Shown: positions 27,201 to 42,200 of the stretch, piece by piece
Layout: every line of letters begins with the position of its first letter
How positions within the stretch are numbered: the stretch's first letter is position 1
Assembly (NCBI RefSeq): GCF_001194135.2
Contig: NC_068984.1
Coordinates: 24,609,079-24,673,078, forward strand
DNA from: Octopus bimaculoides
Taxonomy: Eukaryota
DNA length: 64,000 nt
Reading direction: 5' to 3'
Notes under the pieces: generated by a model
The model's input: only the letters and a program-made list of their open reading frames with translations
Databases searched by the model: none
Told to the model about the DNA's origin: nothing
Translations under genes and position numbers: made by a program

Positions 27201-30200
27201 TTGTTTTTTTTTGATTTTTGTTACCATAGAGTTGGTGCAAAGGTTAAATTGTCCAAGGCTATAATAGTGCATCAGATAAAATTGTTTATGATATTTAGTT
27301 AGCTGTTTTAGAGTCTTTAATCTTGCCTGAGCTAACTATGCTTGTCAACTCTTCAGGGCCAAGGAAAGTAGTACCAGGGCTGGTTATATGAAATATGACT
27401 CATTACTTAATTAACCTTTTTTGCATAACGAAAAGAAATAATTTTCAAGATAGAAGGAATGAAAAAGGTCGACAATCAAAGATTCAAACTAGAGTGTTTT
27501 CTCATCTTTCTGAATGATATTCTGAATCTGTCGTATGGTTTTATACAATGATAAGAGTTCACAGAAATTGAACTAGAAAAACTTATGCAAACATTGTAAG
27601 TGGTATTAATTAAAAACATTAAAATTTTCATAAGTTCAAATTAAATGTTTATAAGGCACACACACACACACATGCACACGCACACATACACATGCACACA
27701 CACACACATGCACGCACAAACACACATGCACACACATGCATGCACATACACACATGCACATGCACACACACATACATACACACACACACATGCACGCACA
27801 CACATGCATGCACACACATGCATGCACATACACACATGCACGCACATACTTACACACATGCACACACACACATGCATGCACGCACACACATACACACATG
27901 CATGCACATACACACATGCACATGCACACACACATACACACATATGCATGCACAAACACACATACATGCACATGCATGCGCACACATGTATACACTCACA
28001 CATGTACATGAACAGGGTGAAGCAGAATGAAGCAAGTCATTAACTGAGTCAATCCTCTCTCGTTTGCTGAACAACATGTCAATCACTCTTTGTATTGATG
28101 AGTCACTTCTGAACATTTTGCTCAGTAATAAATATTTCTGTTTAACAAACCACATAATCAATGGTATTGAAACCTAACTCACATTTCTAAAATGGAAATG
28201 CGTGCATATAAATTTATATATGTATTAATATTATTTTGTGGTAAATTTGTTTGGTTATTATAACTTAACTGAATAGTTATTTTACAATATTATAACAACT
28301 TATAATGGACCCTAATTTTCATCTAATGAACACTCTGTAATACTTTAAATATTTCATTAGGCCTCAGTATTTACCATTTTGTTTCACTTTATTGAGTAGA
28401 GCAGTTCGAAAGGAGTGTGAATTGCCTCCAGTTTCACTGCTATTAAGTTGTTTTTTTATTGTAGCTTTACTATTTGATTCCAGTTTCTTCTATTGGAATT
28501 ATCATGCTGTAAATTTTATCCTCCCTTTTCTCTTGCTCTCTGTCTGCCTGTCTTCCTACTCAACTGCACATACAGTTTCTCTCCAGTAACATTACATTAT
28601 AATCATTAACTTTGAATGTTTTCCCATCCTGCCAGCATTTAATCTGCAGAAGTTTAAGCAAAGTATTCACTGCACTAATCCAACCCTTTAATGCTTGATG
28701 ATATTTCTATTCTTATAGAGTCTCTTCAGTCAATGAACAGAAACCTTCTAATCTGGTAAGGAAAAGAAAAGAGAAAGAAAAAAATGAATAAAGCTTAAAC
28801 TTGAATGTTCTTGTTTTAAAAACTATTGTTCAATAATTTCTTCATAAACCAGAGTCAAATATTTCTATTTCACAACTGGTATGTCCAGAGAAATTGATGT
28901 ATTATTAAATTTCTATTTAATGTCATTGATGATTTTTTTTTTAGAATAATTGTATTTTTATTTTATTTTTGTATTGATACTTTTAACAGGTATTTCTCTA
29001 TAACAGTTGTCAAATCAAATTTTTGAAATTTTGTTAACAATTCATGCCTGTCTAGCAACAACAGCATTTTAAATTTACATTGAAAGATTGTCTTTGGAGA
29101 AAGATAAATAACAAAAGTAAATAGTAATTGATTCAGTCTGATTACCTAGTTACTTCAAATATTTATTTAACAACATCTAACTATCTTGAATTGTCAAGTT
29201 TTACTAATATTTATTTGTCTGATTGACTGGAAAACCAGTGGCAGAAATAGTACATTAGACAAATTACTTTGCAATATTTAGTTGTGTTCAAACCTCATTT
29301 GAACTGGTTTTGCTTTTCATCTCTCTGGAATTGGAAAAAAAAAAGAATTTAATTCCAGGCTTATACTGGGGTGGATTCTATTCTCCCTACTGCTTCTTTA
29401 TAAAGCTGTGATCTTGTGTCAGTGAGAGAAATCGATATTTATTTGAATGGATTTACCTAAAATTTTTATATTTTCTACTTAATTTGTAGGGTGTGGTTTC
29501 TGTAAAAGATTAAAACCAGAGTTTTCTGCTGCTGCTACAGAATTGAAAGGAAAAGCAGTGAGTTGTTTTTTCTTTTTTTATTTGACTTGAAAGTCTTATG
29601 AGAACAATTATTTCATGTGTAAACTTAAATATATGAAATTAATAAAAATCCAATGTTGTGTTTTATTTGAGACTNNNNNNNNNNNNNNNNNNNNNNNNNN
29701 NNNNNNNNNNNNNNNNNNNNNNNNNNNNNNNNNNNNNNNNNNNNNNNNNNNNNNNNNNNNNNNNNNNNNNNNNNAGTATATTTATACAGTAGTATATTTA
29801 TATTTTGTAGTATATTTATACAGAAAAAGTAAGTATTATTCCATCCAACATAAATAAAAGTCAACTTCATCATATTTAGGCCCTTATTTTTTCTGTAAAA
29901 ACCTATTTTGACATTAAATGAGTCAACTTCTGGTACAAATGTTTACATTTTGTTTGTCTTTTTTTCAACAAAAAAATATTTCTACAAAAAATTCTGGAAA
30001 CGATTTACTCATGAAATTTACACACCCCTAAAGCTTATTTTTACTTTTGTGAAAAAAAAAATGTGTAAATTACATTGGTTTTTATGGTACTTGGCTTTAA
30101 TGAAGAATTACAGCAAGATAAAACTGGGTAGAAAGTTGTATTGTAAGACTCATCCAATTCCTACAAACTTTGAAAAATGGATATTGGGATGGGAATTTTA

Positions 30201-33200
30201 GCAACTGATAAATGATTTTGTTAGTAAATTATGGCAATTGAAAGCACTTATGTGAGTAAATTATGGCACTTACAGTTTTATTAGATAGTATACTGTTTGC
30301 ACAGTAGAAAGAACCACTGTTGTTAAGAAAGATTGTAATTCCCTAAATATCTGTATACTTGAAACCCTAGCTAGTATATCTTAGTTCTATCTTCATTACA
30401 AAATAACAGATGTTTTAAAGTTTCAGTTCGCCATTTTACCTAACCACATTTTTCATGACTGTTAATTGTATTATTACATTCCATTGAATCTAATGTTTGT
30501 TTGCTAGAGATAACATTAGATTTTTTGCACTAACATCATGTAAATAACCACAGAATATTGAATTCTTGCTTATTCTTTGCCTGTCATATTTGTCTATATA
30601 TTCAATTCATGCCAGCAAATAAGGATAGTAATGTGTTGCTGTTTATATTTCAATGAATAACAATTTTATACTTACAGATTTTAGCTGGTCTTGATGCAGA
30701 CAACCCTCAGTTTTTCCAGTTAAGATTGCAGTACAACATCACTGGCTTCCCAACTATCTTTTACTTTGAGTAAGTAAACATATGAAACTAGTAAATTTCA
30801 GTGAATTTAGGTTTGCTTTTACAAACTATCAGTTTCTTCAAGCTATACCATATTGAATCAAATTTAATATTTATACTTCTAAGGTAGCAAGCTGGTAGAA
30901 TTGTTAGCAGGCTGAGCAAAATGCTGAATGTCGTTTCATCTGTCTCTGCATTTTGAGTTCAAATTCTGCTGGGGTCAACTTTGCCTTTCATCCTTTTGGG
31001 GGTTGGTAAAATAAGTATCAGTTGAACACTGGAGTTGATCTAATCAACTTACCCACTCTCCCAAAACTGCTGGCCTTGTGTCAAAATTCAAAATCATAGA
31101 AATTAGTTCTGTTTTCTTTTTTCAGTTTCAGTATAAAGTTTTATTTTTGTTGTTCTTTGTGTGAGGGCACAAAACCCTGTTTTTGTTGTCTTGGATGTTG
31201 ATACATAGCTCTATTCTTACAGCTTTGGAATACCCTTTCCAGTATATTTATTTCTATTTCTGGGATCTATACTGTCAAGAATGCATTAGCTTTATTTACC
31301 AACAGAAGAACTTGCAACATCTTTAAGTAGCTTTTGCTTCTCTGATGTTTATTTACCAACAGTACAACACTGAATATCACACTTTATTGTAAATAGTTAA
31401 ATAGTTTGACTCATCACTGTTTTTCAGTTCATGCTCCTCTAAGGTTGATAATTTAACTACACAGAATATAAGGACTAGTTGACTAAACTATACTTCTCCA
31501 ATTACCAAAATATAGGGCATTTTCTGTAGTCAAAAGGAAACCATTTTAACAATTAAACAACTAAGTAAACTATTGTGTGAAGTATTTTAAAGCTAAGAGT
31601 AAACAGATAACTATGATGTATCTGAACTTTTTTTGACAGGTGACATGAAATATGATATTGTCTGATTTTGGTTAAAATAAAGATCAATTTATGTTTTGCA
31701 GAAATGGAAAATCATTATTTCAGTATGGCGGGGAAAATACAAGAAGTGGAATCGTTAAATGGATGTCAAAGTAAGCATTTTATCACAGAATACTGCATAA
31801 TACTGCTCAGATTTTGAAGTCAATTCCTTCCGTTTCAATGTATTGTATCTGTGTTACTTTTCAGGCAACAATCTATCTCACTGAAAACCTTATTGTTCTT
31901 TTTTTTTTTTGTACATATAAAAAGATAGAACTATCAATACTAACAAAAGTTGTAATTCCTTAACTATCTGTACACTTCAAACCCTAACAACTATGATGTT
32001 CTTAGATCCATCTTCTTCACAAAGTAACAAACTTTTTGTTTTTCTGATCCACCATCTCACCTAACCACTGTCTTAATCATTATGGTATTGCATTCCAGAG
32101 AATCTACTGTTAGTTTGCTAGAATTGGCTTCTTGCACTATCAGAATATTGAATTCCTGCCTATTCCTTGCTTGTCATGCTAACCATATATTCAGTCCATA
32201 CCTGCATATAAGGATAGCAGGAATGTGTTCAAGAATCTTGAAGCTGTGTGATGTGAATTTGCAATAATAACTTCAAGGAACAAGTCAGCCACCTGATTAC
32301 CCACCAGTTTGTTAAATAGACAAGCCAGTCTTTCTAGTTTATGGTTTATTCCAGCCATAAAACACATTTTCCAGCAATGTTAATTTTTGAATTGATAGAA
32401 CTATTCAATCAGTGGTCAAATTGACTGATGGAAAAATAATCAAAACCCTAATAATTGATATGAGACATTAGAAAATTGATCATAATTGGAACTTTTATGT
32501 TAGACTCAGAGCCATCATGAGTAGCTATTTACAATATTTGCATTTGCTGTATTCTTTTGTATGTGTGAAATCTTACTTGTGAATGTTGGAGATATAAATA
32601 ATCTCTCTTGAAATAAGTGATCTCAGCATATGCACCACAATCAAGATTGGCTGATGAATAAAATGCCCATGGCTGATCAATAAAATGCCCATCTCTGTGA
32701 GGCTTTCTTGTAATATATCTGGATGACTATTGACAACTAACTTATTAGCATAACTAGGATCTTTAATGGATATGTTGGGTAACACCTCAAATGCTTTTCC
32801 AAAGGACATGGAGGCTATGGTTTTAGTACATAGAATGAAAAAGGCTCAAGGCGTTTGGAGTTCTGTGATATAAACAAAGTAACCATTTGCAATAATAACT
32901 TCAGGAAATAGACCAAATAATTGACTAGTTTCATTAGGAAACAAAAAAGTCAGATTGTTATGTAGTAAGTACTTCTCAGCTTAGACTTGTGATTAGTGAT
33001 ATCAGAGTAAGTGCCTAATGGATCTAGAGACACAAGACAAGATAAAGAAGGAAGATATGAAAGCTGAAAAATTCTCTGGCCAGATGTAAATTTAAAGAAA
33101 TATTAGGTGATGTATGTGTTGGAAAGTAGAAAGCAACAGTGGCCTATAATTCAGAAGACAACCGAGAATTTTTGTGAGACAATCTGCTGCAAACCACAGA

Positions 33201-36200
33201 CCTGAACTGTAGATGGAACAGAATTTCAACCAGACAGAAGGTGACGTGGCAGTAAAATGATTCAGTAGATAGAACTATAAAAGCTGAGAGACAACCTGGA
33301 AAGAATGGAAGAAAGGGAAGGGGGCAAGGAATAATAACTGGTAACTAGAAGAGAGACTTGATGTCAGATATACTTAGCAAGGAGAGAAACAGAAAATAAG
33401 AGGTTTGGTTATATTTTGTGACATGAGGATCAGAGGTGTGAGGTATTGCGGATTGTAGCATGTCAGTATGAAACAAGATGTTATTGGTGAGAATATTGAG
33501 TGACACACTTGTTCTCACTAAAACTAGGAAGAAAAAGGCATGGAAATTATATTTTGAGAGGTTGCTGAATAAGGAGAATGCTTGGGAGAGACAAATTATC
33601 TCAAGTAGACCTAACTGAGGGATAAACAATTTAAATTAATAGCTATATAGACTAAAATTAACTGTCCATTGAAGATACAAAGGTAGGAAAGCAACTGGAT
33701 CATTAGGAATTCTATCAGAAATGTTAAAATTATTCAGTAAAGTGGGGTACACTAAGTCACTTGTATAAGCAATCAGATAGTAAAGGAAGAGATCATTCTC
33801 AATGATTGACATTCCAATATCATCATCAGTTGCTACAAGGCAAAAGAGATGCTCCAGAAAGAAACAACTACAGAGATATCAAACTGATGGACTAAGTTAT
33901 GAAAGTAACAGAGAGGATATTTTTAATGGTTCCTTTGTATTGTTAGATTAACTTTAGTTGCTAATAACAGTTTCACTGCTTATTAGTAATACTTTCTCTA
34001 TTTTTAATACAATGTACAATATAACTGAAATCTATTCTGACTTTATTTTTTATTTTGATATTTTTCAGCCCTACACCACCAAAGGAAGCAGAAAAAGACG
34101 CATCTTTGTTTGATGATGAGTCAAATGTTGAACATTTGTCAAAGATCAACTTTGACAGCTTTCTAGCGGAACACTCGTCAGTCCTTGTGATGTTTTATGC
34201 TCCATGTATGTCTTTTTAGAATATATTAACTAGTGAACTTTAGATTTAATATATGTGTGAAGAAGCCACTCCATCTGGTGCTGGTATTTGGATGACTATG
34301 AGGTGTTATAATTGAATGGCTTCTCAATGAAGGATAACTCTTATGTAGTAGAAAAGAGTAGTCTCTCTTGCTTTCCTTAGGAATTCTATTATTAATCTAA
34401 AGTCAGCTAACAGGGGATCTATTGATGATAACTATATCAAAGTTTAGTCTTCTTGATTGGAGATACAGTGGGTTCTTTCAATATGTGAAGTTTCTCAGAA
34501 AGACAAGGATAACAGATATAAGCACCAAGTAAATAAAAGAGAGCTTTATTGAGTATACTCCTTTATGCTGGACAGATCATTTCACTGATTCTTAAATGTC
34601 CAGTTGAAACAGGAAAGAGAGGTGGTATTTTCTCTGTGCTGAAATCTGATGCTGTACATATGCTAAGTTAACTTCCCTTGAAGTTGATGGCTATAAGTCT
34701 TGTGCAGTTCCTTAGTATACTGTCTGGTGGAGTGAGAGTTATCATAAGAAGGAAGAATTCCTTCAGTGGGCAGGCGGATGCCTGAGAAAGGACTGCATAA
34801 GTGTATCTTTTTTAGTTGTTGTTGTGTGATATTGGAAAAGTTGTTATTTAGGCAGTAATAATACCTTAACATTATGCATGTTAAAAAGTTTGTAATATTT
34901 ATGTGTACTTGGGAAATGATATCTAATGAGGGATAAAGAGTTCTTGGCTATGTTTGTTGAGACATTTAGGTTGAGATGGAGGACTGAACCAAGTTATCTT
35001 CCATGTCTTTGGTGGATGGTGAATCCTTGCTGTATCGTAATTTCTCACCAAAGTCATTAATACTTTGTACTAGAATGTGAACCTGTTGAAAGTGACTCTG
35101 TCTGAGAATAAACTGAAAATTCTATTAATGCCAGCTACTATATTTCTAGTTATAGTTGGGGGCAGTGGCAATTGTATTATTGGGTGGAATTCCTATAAAT
35201 ATATATGGTTTCATCATTAGACTGCCTTGAAGTCTGAAATAATGTCTGTAGTTAGAGTGGTGATAATACTTATTTTTAAACCAACTCTTAGAGAATTCCT
35301 GTTAAGTTCTTTTTTCAATCAATGGTATGGCTGTACATATCATTTGAAACTGCTAGGCTAGTGTTCCTGTACAAACTTGGGTTGTGACTTGTGCATGCGT
35401 GTGTGTGTGCTTGCACTTCTTGAGGGTGTTTAGGATAAATAACCCTGTCTTGTTGTAGTTCCCTATAAAAATTTTAAATAACAAATCACCTTCCCCTTTG
35501 ATATTAGTAGAAGTTGTCATGATATAAAAAGAACTTCTTAGTGTTCCTGACTGTTCTAACATCAAGATTGCTAATCCGTGTGAAATGATTTCTTAGGTTC
35601 AGGGTTACCAAGAAGAGAGGTTTCAATTTGGAAGCATAAAAATTGATGATCTCAAACTGGGTGAATCTGCAGGCTGCTTTGTTATCAGTACCATGAAACC
35701 ATTTAATAATGGTGGTGATCCAGTTGTTCTGTGGACTAATCCAGTATCCTTTCTGATAATAGCATTGAGGATAGCCTTACATACTATGAGGGTCTCATTT
35801 TTAGAAGTATTTATCCCAACCAAGATTCAATGCAATATTTGGCAGAGTAGCTAGAAATAAATTTTTCAACCTTGATCTATAATTTACACACTCTGTAAGT
35901 GGCTTTACTATATAGATGGTTATATAAATGAAAAATCTTAGTTAAGAAATTATGATTTCTTAATTTACCAAATCCTTATATTTGCTTTCCATCATTATTT
36001 GTTAACAAATTATTCATTTTATAGGGTGTGGTCATTGTAAGAAAATGAAACCTGAATATATTGAAGCGGCTGCAACATTAAAAGAAGAAAATGTAATTAT
36101 GAAGCTTAGATTTAATATTCGTTATTCCATTATCAAAGTGTTAACCATTATCTTAGTCTTTCTTATCAGAGAATAAGGCTTGCAGTAAAGAAACTGTTTG

Positions 36201-39200
36201 TGGTCTACTTAGTTAGTATGAGAAAGTGTACCAATGACTGTAACACTTTTAGTTTAGGGGCTTGAGGAAGTTGAGTGAAGTTAATCTGCTAAAAGTTTAG
36301 TTTGAACTTTTGTATACTGGGAAGTGATTGTATGCTGGAAGAGAGTTACAGTAGAATATTGTTGTAATGAGAAATGGCAGACCAGTATTTAATATGAGAG
36401 TTGGGAGCTGAGACATGAATAGTGGTGAGTGCAAAATGAAGAGTTGTCTCTAATTAGTAAATGAAGTGAAAACATCTTTCATTCAAATTCAAACTAATTA
36501 TAGAGCAACATTAATATTTTATTGGTAGCAAGTTTTTTTTTTGAAAGGTACTAGTTTGAATTCATATATAAAGCAACCACATTCTTCTCTGGGTACCATA
36601 GTTGATTAAAATTATTCAATATCACTCTATTAGCCAAAAATCTGACAGTTTGTATCCTGTTACCAGCATCTAATTCCACCTAATTGTGAGGAGGCACAGT
36701 TTATTGCATGTTGTAGAACCATTGTATAATTGCTGAGAGTTCTTTTAGTATATATTGCTGAGCTGATATTTAATGATAAAAACAATCTCTATTAGTGAGT
36801 TATTGTCAAGATGGAAAGAGAATAGATGGATCTAGCACTACTACTTTTTCATCTCATATTCTTTCATGATAAATCACAAAATGGCACAATTTTATCTTAA
36901 GAATCATCGGATGATATTTTCCATTTACAATTTGAACCTTATTTTCTCACAGCATTTTTTATGCTCTGTTTATTGATGCATTTAATTTTCTCTTGAATAG
37001 TTTTTTTCATAAGTCTCTCCTTCATTCCTTCTACAATTCTCTGTAACCATTTTCTCACACAGACACCTTTATTTGTATGTATTTCACCCTGTATTTTTTC
37101 ATGTGTCTTTCTTATAGTTGCTAAAGCTATTTAATTTATGATTTTGCTACCTACAGATTGAAGGAGCTTTAGCTGCTATTGATTCCACCCAAGAAAGCCA
37201 AATCAGTGAACGGTTTAAAATTAAAGGATTTCCCACTGTAAAATACTTTCGGTAAGTGTTAAAAAAGATGAAGTAAAACATCCCCAAAAAACTATTTCAA
37301 ATTTATCTCTGAATTGAAAATGTTACTGTGGATGTATTTAATGAGTATTTATCTACATCTGATTGAGTATATGAAAAAAGATTCTGTATCATATTCATAA
37401 ATATTTTCTTAAATATTGTTTAAGATTTTATATTACTTTTAATTCAATAAATACTACATTTGTTTGTGTTTTCAGCAATGGAGAATATATGTGGGACTTC
37501 AATGAAAGAAAAGCTTCTGACATTGTTTCCTTTATGAAAGAGTAAGTTTTGTTTTAATTTTTATTTGACAGTTTTTTTTTTTATATCACTAGACATAGAC
37601 ATATCTGCCAGACAAAAAGCACCTGTACTGGTGCCATGTATAAAGCACCCATGCCAGTGCTACATAAAAAGCATTCTGTACATTCTGTAGAGTGGCATTG
37701 AAATTATGCCATTGAAATTATGCCATTGAAATTATGCCAAAATAGACAATTGGAGCCTGGGCTGCTCTGTGGCTGACCAGCTCTTGTCAAACCATCCAAC
37801 CCATGTCAGCATAGAAAATGGACGTTAAATGATGATGATGATTTTCCTATGCAGGTATGATTTTGAAGGTTCATCCAACTATGTCTAGCAATAAGTTAAA
37901 TATATCCCTTATATGCATATAAACTAGACAAGTTTTGATTATATTATTGTTTTATGATTTTTTTTATATCTATATTTGAATGTTTTAAGGAAATTTTTTA
38001 ATATTTTGTATAAGGTAATGGATGAAGTCATTCTTAATTTTGAATCCTTTAGGAAGATAATTTCAGTTCCATTTTCGCAAAGATAACTTTCTATTGTCTT
38101 CAATTTTCAAATTTTGTAGTTATTTATCAAACGATAAAACTATTTGTGATTTAGTTATTTAAATCTATTTACTGAGTTCATTTTAGATTATAGTCCATTC
38201 TGAAATGCTCACATACATCACTTGTTTCTTTATTAAGGGGAGAGTTAAAAGGTATCACTATAAGAATTTTGTTAGGAAATAAAAGGTGTAGTGAGACATC
38301 ATCCATGCTGACCACACTATTTAATGTGGTAGAAAGTAATTTCAATTAGATATTTTATCTCATATCTTAACCAATTCTAACAGTAAAACTCAAAATATCA
38401 AACTACAGCTTCAATTATCTTTCTATTTCAGTCCCAAAGAACCACCACCTCCACCTCCACCAGAACCCAGGTGGGCAGATACTGAGAGTGATGTTCATCA
38501 TTTGACTGCAGAAAACTTCAAAACTTTTCTGAAGAAGAAGAAACATAGCTTAGTAATGTTTTATGCTCCATGTAAGCATTTAGCTCATTTTTTGCATTCA
38601 CTAACATCTTGGTTTTATTTTTCATTTGTGTGTATTACATTCTGAAATACACTTCTTTTTGTAACATTCTTTTAATGTATTACATTTATTTGTATGGTGA
38701 AGTGAATATTCCATCACAATTATTTAATCTTTCTTCCATTTTGTTTTTCTGTTAACCAATTTATTAAAATTTTCTTATAAGTTTATTTTGCTTCTAAAAA
38801 CTGGTTAATTCCTCTCAGTAGTCAATATCTGAAATATTGTCCCTCAAATTACCAATTCCTATCAATTAGCTTTGTCCCATTTTGTTTGTATTCATTAGTT
38901 GTTTCCTTGATACTTTTATTGAATGGTAATTTCTTTAGTTCCTATGGAGTACCACAACAATGAAATACCTGTTCATATGAGACTCAAATGTGTCTTTGTA
39001 ATTTTTATAATGTACGTGGACGTGGCACGTACAAAGCATCTCCTACACTCTTGGAGTAGTTGGCATTAGGAAGAGCATCCAGCCATAGAAACCTTGTCAG
39101 ATCAGACTGGAACTTACCAGTTTTCAGTCAAACTGTCCAACCCATGTCAGCATGGAAAGTAGACATTAAATGATGATGATGATGATGATGATGATGATGC

Positions 39201-42200
39201 TAAGGCATGGTTGTGTAGATAAGAAGTTTGTTTCTTAATCTTAATCATAGGCGTAGGAGTGGCTGTGTGGTAAGTAGCTTGCTTACGAACCACATGGTTC
39301 TGGGTTCAGTCCCACTGTGTGGCACCTTGGGCNNNNNNNNNNNNNNNNNNNNNNNNNNNNNNNNNNNNNNNNNNNNNNNNNNNNNNNNNNNNNNNNNNNN
39401 NNNNNNNNNNNNNNNNNNNNNNNNNNNNNNNNNNNNNNNNNNNNNNNNNNNNNNNNNNNNNNNNNNNNNNNNNNNNNNNNNNNNNNNNNNNNNNNNNNNN
39501 NNNNNNNNNNNNNNNNNNNNNNNNNNNNNNNNNNNNNNNNNNNNNNNNNNNNNNNNNNNNNNNNNNNNNNNNNNNNNNNNNNNNNNNNNNNNNNNNNNNN
39601 NNNNNNNNNNNNNNNNNNNNNNNNNNNNNNNNNNNNNNNNNNNNNNNNNNNNNNNNNNNNNNNNNNNNNNNNNNNNNNNNNNNNNNNNNNNNNNNNNNNN
39701 NNNNNNNNNNNNNNNNNNNNNNNNNNNNNNNNNNNNNNNNNNNNNNNNNNNNNNNNNNNNNNNNNNNNNNNNNNNNNNNNNNNNNNNNNNNNNNNNNNNN
39801 NNNNNNNNNNNNNNNNNNNNNNNNNNNNNNNNNNNNNNNNNNNNNNNNNNNNNNNNNNNNNNNNNNNNNNNNNNNNNNNNNNNNNNNNNNNNNNNNNNNN
39901 NNNNNNNNNNNNNNNNNNNNNNNNNNNNNNNNNNNNNNNNNNNNNNNNNNNNNNNNNNNNNNNNNNNNNNNNNNNNNNNNNNNNNNNNNNNNNNNNNNNN
40001 NNNNNNNNNNNNNNNNNNNNNNTTACAGCATACATGGAACCATAGCTACAAATAACAACATCGCCTTCTTTTGATTGGGATGCAAACAATGACATTGGTT
40101 GACATTTTCTGTTGAAGAATCTTTCGCTTTCTCTGTGCTTTCAAATTCCTCTGGGATAAAAAAAAAAAATCCCTTATTTGAAAAATAGTTAAGGTTTTGC
40201 TACAAGGAGAACCAATACCTGTAAAAATCCTACTTCAATTAGCTTCTATCTGAGCTATGCTTGCATGGAAATACAAACATTAAGCAAAATGAATGAGTGA
40301 ACAGTCAAATGAATAACTGAATGTTCAGTCTGAGACAATATTGTTTGCTACCAGTATTTAGTAGTGGAAAAAAATGAAGCAAGAAAATTTTCTAGAATGA
40401 CTTGGTATTGTTTTGCAGCACTATAAACTCAACTCTTCTAAGTAGAGCAAGCTAGATCAATTTAGCAACCATGTAATTAGCTCCCATGCCGGTGGTATGT
40501 AAAGAGTGCTGGGTTTCATAAAGGCAATGACAAATGACTGAGACCTTTGGCAACATGCTGTGCTTGAGAAGGAAGGGCCATCAGATCAAGTGAAATCGTA
40601 GTTGTAGCAGATACTGATGTCATGCAACTGGCACCCATGCTGGTGGCATGTAAAATCATCCATTACACTCTCAGAGTGGTTGGCATTAGGAAGGACATCC
40701 AGCTATAGAAACCATGCCAAATCAAACTGGATTCTGGTGGAGCCCCTCAGCTTATTAGCTCTGGTCAAACTATCCAACCTATGCCAGCATGGACAAATGG
40801 ATGCTAAATGAAGATGATGATGATAATCTAACTCTTGTCATCTTGATATCCATTGTAGCTAAAGTCAGTCTTAGAAATGAATTCGAATCAAGACACGTCT
40901 ATCCTCTGACATGCTTCCGATCTTTATGATAAGTATTACAAAATTTAATTCATAAATTGCAACCTTTACAATTGAAAGAGAAAAAAGATGAACATTTGCC
41001 AATGTTTCTGTTGTAATTCCTAGAATTGTTTTTAACAATGTAATCTATTTCCTCTACCCTAGGATAGAAACCTTGCTTCTTTCATGCTTGATTTTAAAAT
41101 AAGATGTTCCAAAAAAAAAAAAAAACCCCAAAACAGTCCCATCCCCAAATCACCATAGAAAGTATGGATAAAATATTATTGGGATAAACAGCGAGCCACT
41201 GTGTTTGTTACTTAACTTGGTTAAATTCATTTTCAAATTATCAGTATGTGTCAAATGATTCAAATTCAGACATTGATTTTGATTTAATTTAAAGTTTATT
41301 CATTTTCCATTTGTTCTTTTCCTGGCAGTGGATGATATATATATTGTATGTTAAGAAGGATTCTTTTTCTTTTCTTTTGGAGTATAGTTACATGAAATAT
41401 CTTTCTTCTAAAATGATTTCTTTTGATATCTATTTGTTGTAATTCATAGCTTGTCCTAAGTAGTTATTGTAATTATTATTGATGCTATAATAATTAATAA
41501 ACTGTAGTTAAGTTTCTCTGAAATCAAATACTTTATACATTTAGGGTGTGGACACTGTAAGAAAGCTAAACCAGAATTCACAGAAGCTGCTTTACAATTG
41601 AAAGATGAACCTAAGGTAAGTTACTTTTTCTCTTGTTTAAAACATAATTTTGCAGTTCTATTTCTTTTCGTTTTTATCTGTAATTTTGGAATTTGTAAAT
41701 TACGTAGAAATAGATTCAGTGTAATTAAGATGCTCTGTTTTTGATGAATTGTGTAAGATCAAGTATCATATATGTAAATGTTTATTATATATATATGACA
41801 ACAGTTTTAAATGTACATTACTGACATATTTTACTGATAAAGGAAGAACACTTGTGTGATGGTAATTAGTTACGAACACTACGTTTTCTCTGTATACTGA
41901 TCATTTCTAAGATTTGTCAGCTGAGATGAATGTGCCTTGCTAATAAGATCTAACAAGGCTGAAATATGTCTGTGGCTTCCACCAGTGGACTTTAGAAACA
42001 AGATCCTATCATAATTACATTGATTTTATCTTACAGAAATTTGGATTAGATAATATTATTGGAATTATCTCATTTGCTTGTTGATTTATATTATAAACAC
42101 ATCCAGAATGAATTTTTGTCTTCTAAGTACATGGTTAATTTCAGTTAACTGAAGTTTTTCAACTAATTATATTACATATTCAAGTCTCTGTTGTTTGTAT

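Noticed and set aside
27636-28161. Many overlapping His/Thr and Cys/Val-rich ORFs
   Set aside because: Translations of a CA-rich minisatellite.
28719-28755. 37-nt pseudo-exon (cttatag...AATCTG|gtaagg) that would put a TAG into the a1 active-site Trp codon (poison exon)
   Set aside because: Splice-like signals of this quality are common by chance in long AT-rich introns, and there is no independent support.
37696-37740. 14-bp unit repeated three times (attgaaattatgcc)
   Set aside because: Local slippage inside a SINE; no spacers, so not CRISPR-like.
39228-40095. Long ORFs in the track (also at 5943-6624, 51582-52044 and 56702-57630)
   Set aside because: Open only because they run through N-gaps.
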